Source: a virus
Length of the DNA: 64,000 bases
Direction: 5' to 3' (one strand)
Virus record (IMG/VR): IMGVR_UViG_3300023180_000017
This document shows, piece by piece, positions 1-8,320 of the stretch (positions are counted from its first letter, which is position 1; every line of letters begins with the position of its first letter). The notes under the pieces were generated by a model. That model made no database searches. It saw only the letters and a program-made list of their open reading frames with translations, and was not told where the DNA came from. The translations under genes were made by a program, and so were the position numbers.

Positions 1-7
1 ACAATAG

Positions 8-598
8 GTTGCATCTGAAAACTACGTAGGAGCATATACAGGTAATTATTCTGGTTCTTATGTAGGTGCTTACGTAGGTGCGAAAACATATTCCGGAAAC
101 TATTCCGGTTCTTATGCAGGTAACTATGTTGGTGGTTATGTTGGTTCCAAAACATATTCTGGAAACTACTCAGGCAACTATTCCGGTTCTTATCAAGGTA
201 ACTATGTTGGTACTTCTGGGTATTCTGGATCTTACTCTGGTTCTTATCAAGGCAACTATGTTCTTTATTACTCTGGATATGCACATGCTACATATACAGG
301 ATACTATAGTGGAACATATACAGGTTATTACACAGGACCTAAAACTTATACAGGTTATTACACCGGCACTTACACTGGATATTTCACAGGCAACTACGTA
401 GGAACTTCTACTTATTCTGGAACTTATACAGGATACTATAGTGGAACATATACAGGCCACTACGTTGGAACATCTGCTTATTCAGGAAGTTATACTGGGA
501 CTTATACAGGATACTATAGTGGAACTTATGCAGGTGACACGATTCAGGCAACTACTGAAACAGTATCTAGCATTAAGCTTTGGATAAGGACAGCATAA
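8..598 (+). CDS. 3' portion of a Tyr/Gly/Ser/Thr tetrapeptide-repeat protein (probable virion fibre/structural protein); missed by the ORF track
   Basis: Frame 2 is open from 8 to TAA at 596-598: VASENYVGAYTGNYSGSYVGAYVGAKTYSGNYSGSYAG...YTGYYSGTYAGDTIQATTETVSSIKLWIRTA*. No ATG, and an in-frame TAG at 5-7 lies at the window edge. Confidence 0.8.
   Translation, partial: VASENYVGAYTGNYSGSYVGAYVGAKTYSGNYSGSYAGNYVGGYVGSKTYSGNYSGNYSGSYQGNYVGTSGYSGSYSGSYQGNYVLYYSGYAHATYTGYYSGTYTGYYTGPKTYTGYYTGTYTGYFTGNYVGTSTYSGTYTGYYSGTYTGHYVGTSAYSGSYTGTYTGYYSGTYAGDTIQATTETVSSIKLWIRTA
20..535 (+). repeat. Degenerate 12-nt coding repeat encoding Y-[S/T/V/A/Q]-G-x
   Basis: Recurrent TAY-(TCN/ACN/GTN)-GGN-NNN units, with near-identical blocks such as acatatacaggatactatagtggaacatatacagg. 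Confidence 0.85.
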
Positions 599-605
599 AA
601 AATAC

Positions 606-634
606 TTGACAAAACATTATATATATCATATAAT
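606..634 (+). promoter_or_regulatory. Sigma70-type promoter
   Basis: TTGACA(606-611)-17 nt-TATAAT(629-634) upstream of 667. Confidence 0.85.
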
Positions 635-666
635 GTAAATTATATTCTACATAATGGAGTGAATAA

Positions 667-1317
667 ATGGCAAGACGAAAAAAGAAATTTGATATCAAAG
701 ATGTCAAAGTAGATTTAGTCGATCCTAAAAAAGCAAATAAAGATCCTCTCAAATTCGAATATCCTTATTGGTCCAATAAGGATGCCAAGCACATTATTGT
801 TACAATAGTTCATCCTGATGGAAGACGTCATCTTGCATCTATAATGGATAAGGATGGCAGTAATCCAGATTATCAAAGGATTATGGAAGAGTTTACTATT
901 GAGCAGATAGATAAAAATACAGATGAAGGTTTAAAGAGAAGAAACGAAAATGTTCGTCGCTCAATGGAAAGGCGTGAAGCAGAAGCGGCAAGAGCAAAGC
1001 AAGAGGGATTATTTGGAGCTAAACTTGAAGCCTTTGAGATTGCAGAAATTAAAAACTCTAAAGACACAGAGTACAAAAAACTTATCCGAAGAGCTAAGTC
1101 CCCAATGGAAGTTTCCGCTTTCACAACTTTGTTATTAGATAAAGAAAGAAAGCAGGATCCCATTGTACAAGCAAAAATGGATGCCTTAGAAATTCCAGAA
1201 ATAAAAGCATCTAGAGATAAACTAAAGCAAAGATTGCATAGTGCAGAAAGCGTTACTGAGGTTTTAATTATATCATCTATTATTATGCAGAAGGCATTGG
1301 ACAATGGCAAAGCGTAA
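667..1317 (+). CDS. Hypothetical protein with a duplicated C-terminal helical module
   Basis: 216 aa, SD GGAG; AKLEAFEIAEIKNSK... is repeated as AKMDALEIPEIKASR... Confidence 0.75.
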   Translation: MARRKKKFDIKDVKVDLVDPKKANKDPLKFEYPYWSNKDAKHIIVTIVHPDGRRHLASIMDKDGSNPDYQRIMEEFTIEQIDKNTDEGLKRRNENVRRSMERREAEAARAKQEGLFGAKLEAFEIAEIKNSKDTEYKKLIRRAKSPMEVSAFTTLLLDKERKQDPIVQAKMDALEIPEIKASRDKLKQRLHSAESVTEVLIISSIIMQKALDNGKA

Positions 1318-2038
1318 AGGCGAAGGGTTTGTTTTAGTTGCAACAAACAGAGTAGGATACTATAAAGCGGCAGTAAAACTAGCTGAATCTATTTTAGACT
1401 TTTGGCCCGAGGCAAGAATAACTCTGTTTACTGAGGAGCGTTGGATAGACCAGACTAGTCCTGAGTGTGCTTTGGGGACAGGGGATTATCAATTATTTGA
1501 GAACGTAATTACATGGGAGGTTCCTAGGCACGTTAGGGCAAAGCTATGGGCTTTGGAACATACACCATATGAAACTACATGTTATCTAGATTGCGACATG
1601 TATTGCGAGCATGAGGACATTAAGGATATCTTTAAACTACTAGGAGATAAGGACTTAGTATTTACAAAGATACGTCCATACAATGCTAAATTAACCAGAC
1701 TTTCTAATTCAGAAGAAATGACTGCACATTGTGGTTGGTTTATATACAATGACAAACCACAAACATTAGCTTTAATGAGTGCTTGGTGGGGAGAGTATTG
1801 TCATCAACAGGAACCTGATTATGACATTGCTCATTATCCAAGAGACTCTATAAAGTGGGATACCTTTACAATGTGGAGGCTTCTCACTTACAGTGATCAC
1901 GGAGTAGATTGGGGATTTATAGACGAGCCAGATGCTCGTTGGAACTTTGTTAACGGTTACAAGGTTGAAGAACTAGGAGATACAGAAAGAGTTTTGTATC
2001 ACTACACTATCCCGCAATGGGACTTGGATGCTAGATGA
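1304..2038 (+). CDS. GT-A fold nucleotide-diphospho-sugar glycosyltransferase
   Basis: KLWALEHTPYETTCYLDCD (DxD motif in its typical context), N-terminal GFVLVAT strand, RWNF. Confidence 0.75.
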   Translation: MAKRKGEGFVLVATNRVGYYKAAVKLAESILDFWPEARITLFTEERWIDQTSPECALGTGDYQLFENVITWEVPRHVRAKLWALEHTPYETTCYLDCDMYCEHEDIKDIFKLLGDKDLVFTKIRPYNAKLTRLSNSEEMTAHCGWFIYNDKPQTLALMSAWWGEYCHQQEPDYDIAHYPRDSIKWDTFTMWRLLTYSDHGVDWGFIDEPDARWNFVNGYKVEELGDTERVLYHYTIPQWDLDAR

Positions 2039-2685
2039 GATGGATAAACGTCGGTGAAGAATTATTAGAAATTCTAACACCATATTCAGATTGGTTCTTT
2101 TCTCAAGACTTAACTGAACTAGAGCAATCTATAGATACTAAAAGAGCAGGAGATGAAACTTTAGAGACTGCCTGCGGTGAAGAGTATCTTAAAATGATTG
2201 TAGAAAAAGATGGAGAACACATAGGATATCCAGAACATACTAGATCCATAGATATTTTAATGGATGGAAGAGCACCTAGAGAACACAGGGAAGCCTGTCA
2301 AAAACTTAATCAAGAGCTTTGTTCTTATTTAGGTGCTAGAAATCAAGCAGTTCAAGTTTTTTATCCTAAAGATGGTTTCATGGGATGGCATAATAATTGG
2401 AATGCACATGGTTATAATATTTTGTTATCTTGTACTCCTAATGGAAACGGATTTTTTAGATATAGAGATCCGTTGACACACGAAATAATAACAATGAAAG
2501 ATAAGCCTGGCTGGACTGCTAAGGTTGGTTATTACGGAAGGGGAAGAGAGCCAGACAAAGTTTATTATCATTGTGCTGGCTCACATGAGCCACGTGTAAC
2601 TTTAGGGTTTGTTATTCCTAATGCAGATATGTGGAGAAATATGATTGAGGACATATCTGGGGAAGACGCCTCGATGTTTAGTTAA
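2035..2685 (+). CDS. Cupin/2OG-Fe(II) oxygenase-like protein
   Basis: FYPKDGFMGWHNN ... YYHCAGS..RVTLGF, a double-stranded beta-helix pattern. Confidence 0.55.
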   Translation: MRWINVGEELLEILTPYSDWFFSQDLTELEQSIDTKRAGDETLETACGEEYLKMIVEKDGEHIGYPEHTRSIDILMDGRAPREHREACQKLNQELCSYLGARNQAVQVFYPKDGFMGWHNNWNAHGYNILLSCTPNGNGFFRYRDPLTHEIITMKDKPGWTAKVGYYGRGREPDKVYYHCAGSHEPRVTLGFVIPNADMWRNMIEDISGEDASMFS

Positions 2686-3065
2686 ATATTTATTGCTGTA
2701 ATTTTATTTGTATCTATTTCAACTTGTTCTAAGTCAAAGTTTATACTCACCCCACACCCACAAGAATCCTTTTCCTTAGGGTTTACAAATTTAAAAAATT
2801 CATTTAGACCTTCTGTTTGCCAATCTAATGTCATTCCCACTATGTAAGGTATAGATACTTTATCTATTACTACGCCGAACCTACCATAATCAACAAATAT
2901 ATCATCAGACACATCGCCGTTATCATTAATAGAGTCGAAAACGTATTCAAAGCCAGCGCAACCTCCGCCTGTAATTCCGAGTCGGATGTTTTTAAAGCCG
3001 TCTTTTTCTTGTTTTTCAAGAAGTTTCTGTATCGCATTATCTGTGATTTCGATTACGCTAGACAT
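2682..3065 (-). CDS. iscA: A-type Fe-S cluster carrier (IscA/ErpA/HesB family)
   Basis: IRLGITGGGCAGFEY and NPKEKDSCGCGVS signature motifs. Confidence 0.92.
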   Translation of the reverse strand: MSSVIEITDNAIQKLLEKQEKDGFKNIRLGITGGGCAGFEYVFDSINDNGDVSDDIFVDYGRFGVVIDKVSIPYIVGMTLDWQTEGLNEFFKFVNPKEKDSCGCGVSINFDLEQVEIDTNKITAINI

Positions 3066-3070
3066 AAAAA

Positions 3071-3078
3071 TATTTATA
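3071..3078 (-). promoter_or_regulatory. T4-type late promoter
   Basis: TATAAATA on the minus strand, 5 nt upstream of the iscA ATG. Confidence 0.6.
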
Positions 3079-3079
3079 A

Positions 3080-3757
3080 TTATTTTTTTCCAATAACTTG
3101 GAATCTATCGTAAAACTTTTTACCGTCCCAAGAATAATAGTATTGAATTGTTTTTCCAGAACTATATACTTCTTCTAGCCCAACGTTTTCAATTAGTGCT
3201 TCTGTAGTATCAACACAATTAATACCGTACATTTCCTCAATAACATTAGAAGACTGACAAGCAAATATTGCGTGTTTGTTAGCTGTTATTAGTTCTTGTA
3301 AAGGATACATTTGTTCACACCCTAAAGAGATAACAACATCTACGTTCAGTTGATTTAATTCATCAAAAGCAAACGGAACATCTAGGTTCCAGTGTTGTAT
3401 TTTAATAAATTCTTCTGTTATATAATGCGAGTTAAATACTTTAGAAAGTTCTAAAGCCTCGGGGTCTATATCAACTAAGTGTAATTGTCCTACAGATAAA
3501 TTTTCACACAATAAAGGAACAAGTGGAACACCTAGCCAAGAATTAAGGACTAATATATTAAAGTCGCTTTCTTTCATATAGTGTTCGTCTAAAACTTTTT
3601 TAAGTTCTTCGACTAACCAAATAGCACCTTCCATTGTATTTGGGTTCAGAGACTGTCTAAAGTCATCATGCTTGTGGGGCATTTCATGTTCTACCTTAGC
3701 TAAGCCATCTCCCCAATGTTTTAAATTGTTTAAAAAATTAAAGTTCAAGTTTGACAT
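3080..3757 (-). CDS. Class I SAM methyltransferase-like protein (degenerate motif I)
   Basis: ILVLNSWLG / LVDIDPEALELSK / ISLGCEQM pattern. Start set at MSNLNF; the track extends it to 3781. Confidence 0.55.
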   Translation of the reverse strand: MSNLNFNFLNNLKHWGDGLAKVEHEMPHKHDDFRQSLNPNTMEGAIWLVEELKKVLDEHYMKESDFNILVLNSWLGVPLVPLLCENLSVGQLHLVDIDPEALELSKVFNSHYITEEFIKIQHWNLDVPFAFDELNQLNVDVVISLGCEQMYPLQELITANKHAIFACQSSNVIEEMYGINCVDTTEALIENVGLEEVYSSGKTIQYYYSWDGKKFYDRFQVIGKK

Positions 3758-4427
3758 CTTCTTTTCTTCCCATTGAGTCAAATAGACAAACGTAGGGAAT
3801 TTGTCTATAGACGTGTGTTTCTATATCATGTGGGTATATATATCCTACGTTATAACTATATGCCCATCCTATAGGAAAATATTTAATTCTAGCCACACCA
3901 CGATGGTGGAAAAAATTATCTATTCCTCTATAATACCATAAAATTTGTTTTATATGTTTTTTAAAATACAATGTTATTTCTTCTGTATTTAAATTGTCGT
4001 TCCAACGTAATACAGAAGAGTTTAAGTCTGTATACTTATGAGGTATATGCCTTGTTTCTTTATACTGCGTTTCCATGTCGTGCCAATGTGTTTTTAAAAA
4101 GCACAAACAATCCTCGGGGTCGTAATTAACAAGCTCATCTATATTTCTTTGTATAATAATGTCTAAGTCAAAGAATAATTTTTCTCCTTTTTGTCTTACA
4201 ACATTCTCATCAAACAAATACATTTTATTCCACCAAACTTCTAATTTATTATCGTTTGGCAATGGAATAACTTTTATATCCTCGTGTAAGTTTTTAGGAT
4301 CTTCTGTTAAACAATAAAAATTAAAGTCGCAGGTTATAAACTTTTTACAACTATTGTAAATAGCCTCAACGTGCTTGGGGGAATATTTTGTTCCCCATTT
4401 AACTGTATAGATGTTTAACATTCCCAA
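3738..4427 (-). CDS. Phage GT-A glycosyltransferase (KWG-KY family)
   Basis: VKWGTKYS, FYCLTED, WWNKMYLF, LFFDLD, NSSVLRW. Confidence 0.8.
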   Translation of the reverse strand: MGMLNIYTVKWGTKYSPKHVEAIYNSCKKFITCDFNFYCLTEDPKNLHEDIKVIPLPNDNKLEVWWNKMYLFDENVVRQKGEKLFFDLDIIIQRNIDELVNYDPEDCLCFLKTHWHDMETQYKETRHIPHKYTDLNSSVLRWNDNLNTEEITLYFKKHIKQILWYYRGIDNFFHHRGVARIKYFPIGWAYSYNVGYIYPHDIETHVYRQIPYVCLFDSMGRKEDVKLEL

Positions 4428-5035
4428 TATATCACTTTGTTTGTTGCAGATTGTTTGACTATTGTTTTTCCTAAATAATCTGCTGCTAAATTAATACCTA
4501 TAGTACATTCTTTTTGCCATAATTGTTGTTTATCAAAACCTTCAAAATAATCATCTACAACCATGTAACTTGCTTTAGGCGACCAGTAGATTAAACTATT
4601 AAAAGTAGAGTTTTTGTCATGTGCTGCATCATAATACACTATATCGTAAGTCCCTCTACTGGCTCGGTGTTCGTTCCAAAATATTGGGTAGCTGTAAGGA
4701 ATCTTCTTATGACTAATATTGTAGTCTTTCGTGTTCTTTAAAAAACACTCATAATTTTTTTTGTTTTGTCCTTTCTCTTCCTCAAACATTTTCCAGACAA
4801 AATTTGATGTTGTTGTTGGACTATTATCCCAACAGTCTAAACATTCCACAGAATACTTTATTCCCTTTTTAATACAAATCTCGGACCAAGCAACTGCAGA
4901 CGCTCCTTTCCAACTTCCAATTTCTAGTATATGTACTTCGTCTTTGCCCAACAAGTTAATAACATTTTCAAATACTTCATAATCAAAAACATTACTTATT
5001 TCAGGACTTAACTTTACAATTTCTTCAAAGTTCAT
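4415..5035 (-). CDS. Class I SAM methyltransferase (Methyltransf_24-like)
   Basis: ILEIGSWKGASA, YYDAAH, VVDDY. Confidence 0.8.
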   Translation of the reverse strand: MNFEEIVKLSPEISNVFDYEVFENVINLLGKDEVHILEIGSWKGASAVAWSEICIKKGIKYSVECLDCWDNSPTTTSNFVWKMFEEEKGQNKKNYECFLKNTKDYNISHKKIPYSYPIFWNEHRASRGTYDIVYYDAAHDKNSTFNSLIYWSPKASYMVVDDYFEGFDKQQLWQKECTIGINLAADYLGKTIVKQSATNKVIYWEC

Positions 5036-5837
5036 TCACTGTCCAATGCTTTAATAATTTAGGATCTGCGAGGTCATCTTGTTTTACATGTCCTCGACTG
5101 TTATCCTCAAAAGGAAGTATGTCCACATTAAATACGCAAAGAATGCAACCTTCCCTATATATACCAACTTCTAAATCACCTGACTCCCAGTCCCTTCCTC
5201 TGTTATAGGAGTAGGCAAATTCTGAGGGAAAGTGATCCCATAAGTCTCTCCACTTCCAACTGTGATAATTATCTGTTCCGTCTGTATAAGTGAACCATAT
5301 TTTATCTTGGTTTTGTAATACATCTTCCCATATTACCTCACATTGATCATCGCTCCATACCTGACAAGAGCCGTTGGTATGCGCTCCATGTGCTAACTTA
5401 AATCTTCTTGTTTTCATTGGGCGAGGATCCTGCCACCAAGATCTCATTTTTGTTGGACGTTCCATATTGTAAGTTAGAACAGGTTCTAAATCTCTTTGTA
5501 TTACAACGTCTAAATCAAAAAAGATAAAGCGGCCATGAGGCTTATCATCAGCAAAGTTATGCGTATTAAAAATAAATGTTTTAGGCCTGTCCCAGCACCT
5601 TGCCATTCCAAACTTGAAATCATCGCTGCCAAACCAATACTTAGGATGGATATTAGGAATATCAGGAAATGGTATAACTTTAATGTCATCTAATAGGCCC
5701 TCGCTGTCGTCTGTATAACAGTAAAAATGAAACTCGTGCTTATCGTTTATATTCTTTTTAGACATGTTATATAAACGATTAACATAGTGAGGACCATACC
5801 TGGTTCCCCATTTACAACATACGACATTTACTCTCAT
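5025..5837 (-). CDS. Phage GT-A glycosyltransferase (KWG-KY family)
   Basis: CKWGTRYG, FYCYTDD, CWDRPK, FFDLD, NGSCQVW, YSYNRG. Confidence 0.8.
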   Translation of the reverse strand: MRVNVVCCKWGTRYGPHYVNRLYNMSKKNINDKHEFHFYCYTDDSEGLLDDIKVIPFPDIPNIHPKYWFGSDDFKFGMARCWDRPKTFIFNTHNFADDKPHGRFIFFDLDVVIQRDLEPVLTYNMERPTKMRSWWQDPRPMKTRRFKLAHGAHTNGSCQVWSDDQCEVIWEDVLQNQDKIWFTYTDGTDNYHSWKWRDLWDHFPSEFAYSYNRGRDWESGDLEVGIYREGCILCVFNVDILPFEDNSRGHVKQDDLADPKLLKHWTVNEL

Positions 5838-6091
5838 GATGTCTCCGTCAGGTTTTGTAGAATAAAGTCTCTGCCGTACATCAAACCATAATTTACAAGT
5901 TCACATACAATATTGCTAGATGTATCGTCAAACTGTTCCCTGGGACCTTTAACTACAATAGAAACAAACCTGCCTCCTCTTACAGAATCAATAACGAAGT
6001 CTGTATCCTCATTATTCCAATCATTAAAGGAACCCATATATGCGGTTGACTTTCTTATTTCTCTTGTCGTGTTCATTTTAATACTCCACAT
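5834..6091 (-). CDS. Hypothetical protein
   Basis: 85 aa, overlapping both operon neighbours; the start may be MNTT at 6076. Confidence 0.55.
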   Translation of the reverse strand: MWSIKMNTTREIRKSTAYMGSFNDWNNEDTDFVIDSVRGGRFVSIVVKGPREQFDDTSSNIVCELVNYGLMYGRDFILQNLTETS

Positions 6092-7572
6092 TTTTTATTA
6101 CAAATTAGACTAGGATCTAATTTTAGTTTGTTGGTAAAGTAAGATGTGAAAAATTTGTTAGTGAATATTTTTTTCAATCCGTGTACTTTACAGTTATTAC
6201 TTTTCCAATCGTACAAAATATCTGTTTCCTCGTAAGGATTTATTTTTGCTACTAATATGTTTTTAGCAGTAAATACACATGGAAAAACGTTTCCTTCTTT
6301 ATCAATATAGGCCTTGTTTTCTATTTTTGCTAAGCATCTTACTTGTTTATCAAATTTTACCTTAACGTCTAAATACTCAGCGTCTTTTTGCCTAAGTTTG
6401 ATTGTCTCCAACTCTATTAACTTGTAGTCAGGCAAGTCTTCTTTTTCCTCTACCTCTACTACATTTATTTTTTCTTCGACTTTATTTTCAATAAAGTTAA
6501 ATCCTGAGAACTTATGTTTTTTAGAAAGTGCTTTAGCTTTCTCTATGTCCTCATCTGTTTGTGTTGTTCTAGTGTATTGCCAAAATACTCTAGCTCCACT
6601 TTGTAACAATGCCTCAGCATTTGACATCTGTTTTTCTATTTCTCTATTATATATGTCGTTTATGGTTACTGTGATGTTTCCCATATTTTTAAATAGTATG
6701 CCTACTGTTCCCCACCAATACTTGTCAAAGTTTGTTAAATCTGTTAGTAAGTCAATACTAATATTTCTTGTTTCCATTAGATATTCACATATATCATAAA
6801 AGTCTTTACAGTTAGTAGGTTCTTCTTCATCATTGGATAATACTATTTTAGACATTCTAGCTAAATTTGTATAGTCCTCAGTAAAGATATTTTTTATTTC
6901 TTCTACAGTAAATCCACATATTTCTATTTCAAGTGCTCTCGGTAGATATGGATATAAATCTGTAGATCTATTATAACAGGATTCTATATAGCTGTCAACT
7001 TTATGTGTATACCAAAAAGGAAAAGCTACTATAGGATCATCTAGACTTACAGGATATTCTTTATTTTTAGAATTTAGAAATGGTAAAGTATCCATTTCAT
7101 TAACTTGAAATTCTTGTTTAAATTCGTGATTATAAAAAGTTAAATCGTTTTCTTCTCTTTCCCATTTTTGTAAAACGTTGCTAACAAATTTGTTATGGTT
7201 AACGAAGTATGCAACATTGCCGTCTTGCATAATACACTTGTCTATACCAGCAGTTTTATACTCCAGGATTTTCTCTGGATTGTTTAAAAGAATATTGGGT
7301 GTAACAAATAAAGATACGCCATATTTTGGTGTATGTTTTATTAAATCTATCTCTAACCATTCATGTCCATATTTCGGTACATGTATTTTAAAGGGCATGG
7401 CATACCCTTTGATTTTGTTTGTCTCTACCATTTCATCTAGTTCTTCTTGTGTAGTAAAGACAACAAACTCAAAAGGATCCTTTATCAAGTTTTTTGCTTG
7501 AGTGTAAAAATTATTTACTTGGACTTGGGTATACTTGGTATCAAGTAGATTTGCTATTAAAGTTAGCTCCAT
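6073..7572 (-). CDS. Fusion of a degenerate GT-A domain and a degenerate radical-SAM barrel with a SPASM/twitch-like C-terminus
   Basis: N-terminus TKYTQVQVNNFYTQAKNLIKDPFEFVVFT parallels the neighbouring GTs but has no DLD. C-half follows the phage radical-SAM pattern without CxxxCxxC and ends CLAK..YIDKEGNVFPC...CNKKC. Confidence 0.6.
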   Translation of the reverse strand: MELTLIANLLDTKYTQVQVNNFYTQAKNLIKDPFEFVVFTTQEELDEMVETNKIKGYAMPFKIHVPKYGHEWLEIDLIKHTPKYGVSLFVTPNILLNNPEKILEYKTAGIDKCIMQDGNVAYFVNHNKFVSNVLQKWEREENDLTFYNHEFKQEFQVNEMDTLPFLNSKNKEYPVSLDDPIVAFPFWYTHKVDSYIESCYNRSTDLYPYLPRALEIEICGFTVEEIKNIFTEDYTNLARMSKIVLSNDEEEPTNCKDFYDICEYLMETRNISIDLLTDLTNFDKYWWGTVGILFKNMGNITVTINDIYNREIEKQMSNAEALLQSGARVFWQYTRTTQTDEDIEKAKALSKKHKFSGFNFIENKVEEKINVVEVEEKEDLPDYKLIELETIKLRQKDAEYLDVKVKFDKQVRCLAKIENKAYIDKEGNVFPCVFTAKNILVAKINPYEETDILYDWKSNNCKVHGLKKIFTNKFFTSYFTNKLKLDPSLICNKKCGVLK

Positions 7573-8320
7573 GCCAATGCCTCAAAAGTTTCTCATCTTG
7601 TAAATCACTAATCTTAATTTGATCCTTAGCTGCAGGATCGGGTGTTAAATCTGTGTTAAAAATACAAACTTTGTATTCTTTTCTATATTTATACTTGTCG
7701 TTATCCTCTTTCCAATGAGCTCCTCTGTTATAAGAGTATACCCAATCAAAAGGAATGTTGCCCCAGAAATTACGCTGTCTCCAATAATGGTAGTTATCTG
7801 ATCCTTTAAAAAATGTTTTGAACACAACATCTTGATGCTCTAAAACATCGTAATATATTTGCTCACATTGATTGTATTCCCAGCACATCATACTTGTATT
7901 ATAATATGTGCCACGAATGTCTATAAAAAATCTATCGTGTTGTTGTCCGTCTGGTTGCCATTTGGAATGTACAAGTCTTGGTTTTTTTGCCAATATTTCT
8001 AAGTCGTTTATATTGTTTTGAATTATTACATCTAAATCAAAATAGCAATACTTGCCTTTATAACCTAAAATATTGTGTGCATTAAACACAAAGAATTTAG
8101 CTCTATCCCAACAATAGTTATCTTTACCAAACCAGTATTTAGGATGCAATGGTTGTACATCTGGAATAGGTAGATATTCACATTCTAATCCTGCAGGATC
8201 GTCTGTGAAACAGGTGAATGTACACGGCCGTGTAAAGTTTTTTTCGACCATGTTTTTGAGGTTGTTTACATATTCAGGAGAATATTTATCACCCCATTTG
8301 ATGCAAATAAAGTTCATCAT
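7541..8320 (-). CDS. Phage GT-A glycosyltransferase (KWG-KY family)
   Basis: IKWGDKYS, CFTDD, CWDRAK, YFDLD, NTSMMCW, YSYNRG; close paralogue of 5025-5837. Confidence 0.8.
   Translation of the reverse strand: MMNFICIKWGDKYSPEYVNNLKNMVEKNFTRPCTFTCFTDDPAGLECEYLPIPDVQPLHPKYWFGKDNYCWDRAKFFVFNAHNILGYKGKYCYFDLDVIIQNNINDLEILAKKPRLVHSKWQPDGQQHDRFFIDIRGTYYNTSMMCWEYNQCEQIYYDVLEHQDVVFKTFFKGSDNYHYWRQRNFWGNIPFDWVYSYNRGAHWKEDNDKYKYRKEYKVCIFNTDLTPDPAAKDQIKISDLQDEKLLRHWHGANFNSKST

Noticed and set aside
78-460. Track ORFs 78..401(+) and 170..460(-)
   Set aside because: Shadow frames of the repetitive frame-2 YxG coding sequence
20-535. Possible CRISPR array or non-coding tandem repeat
   Set aside because: No fixed repeat with unique spacers; variation falls at third codon positions, so the repeat is coding
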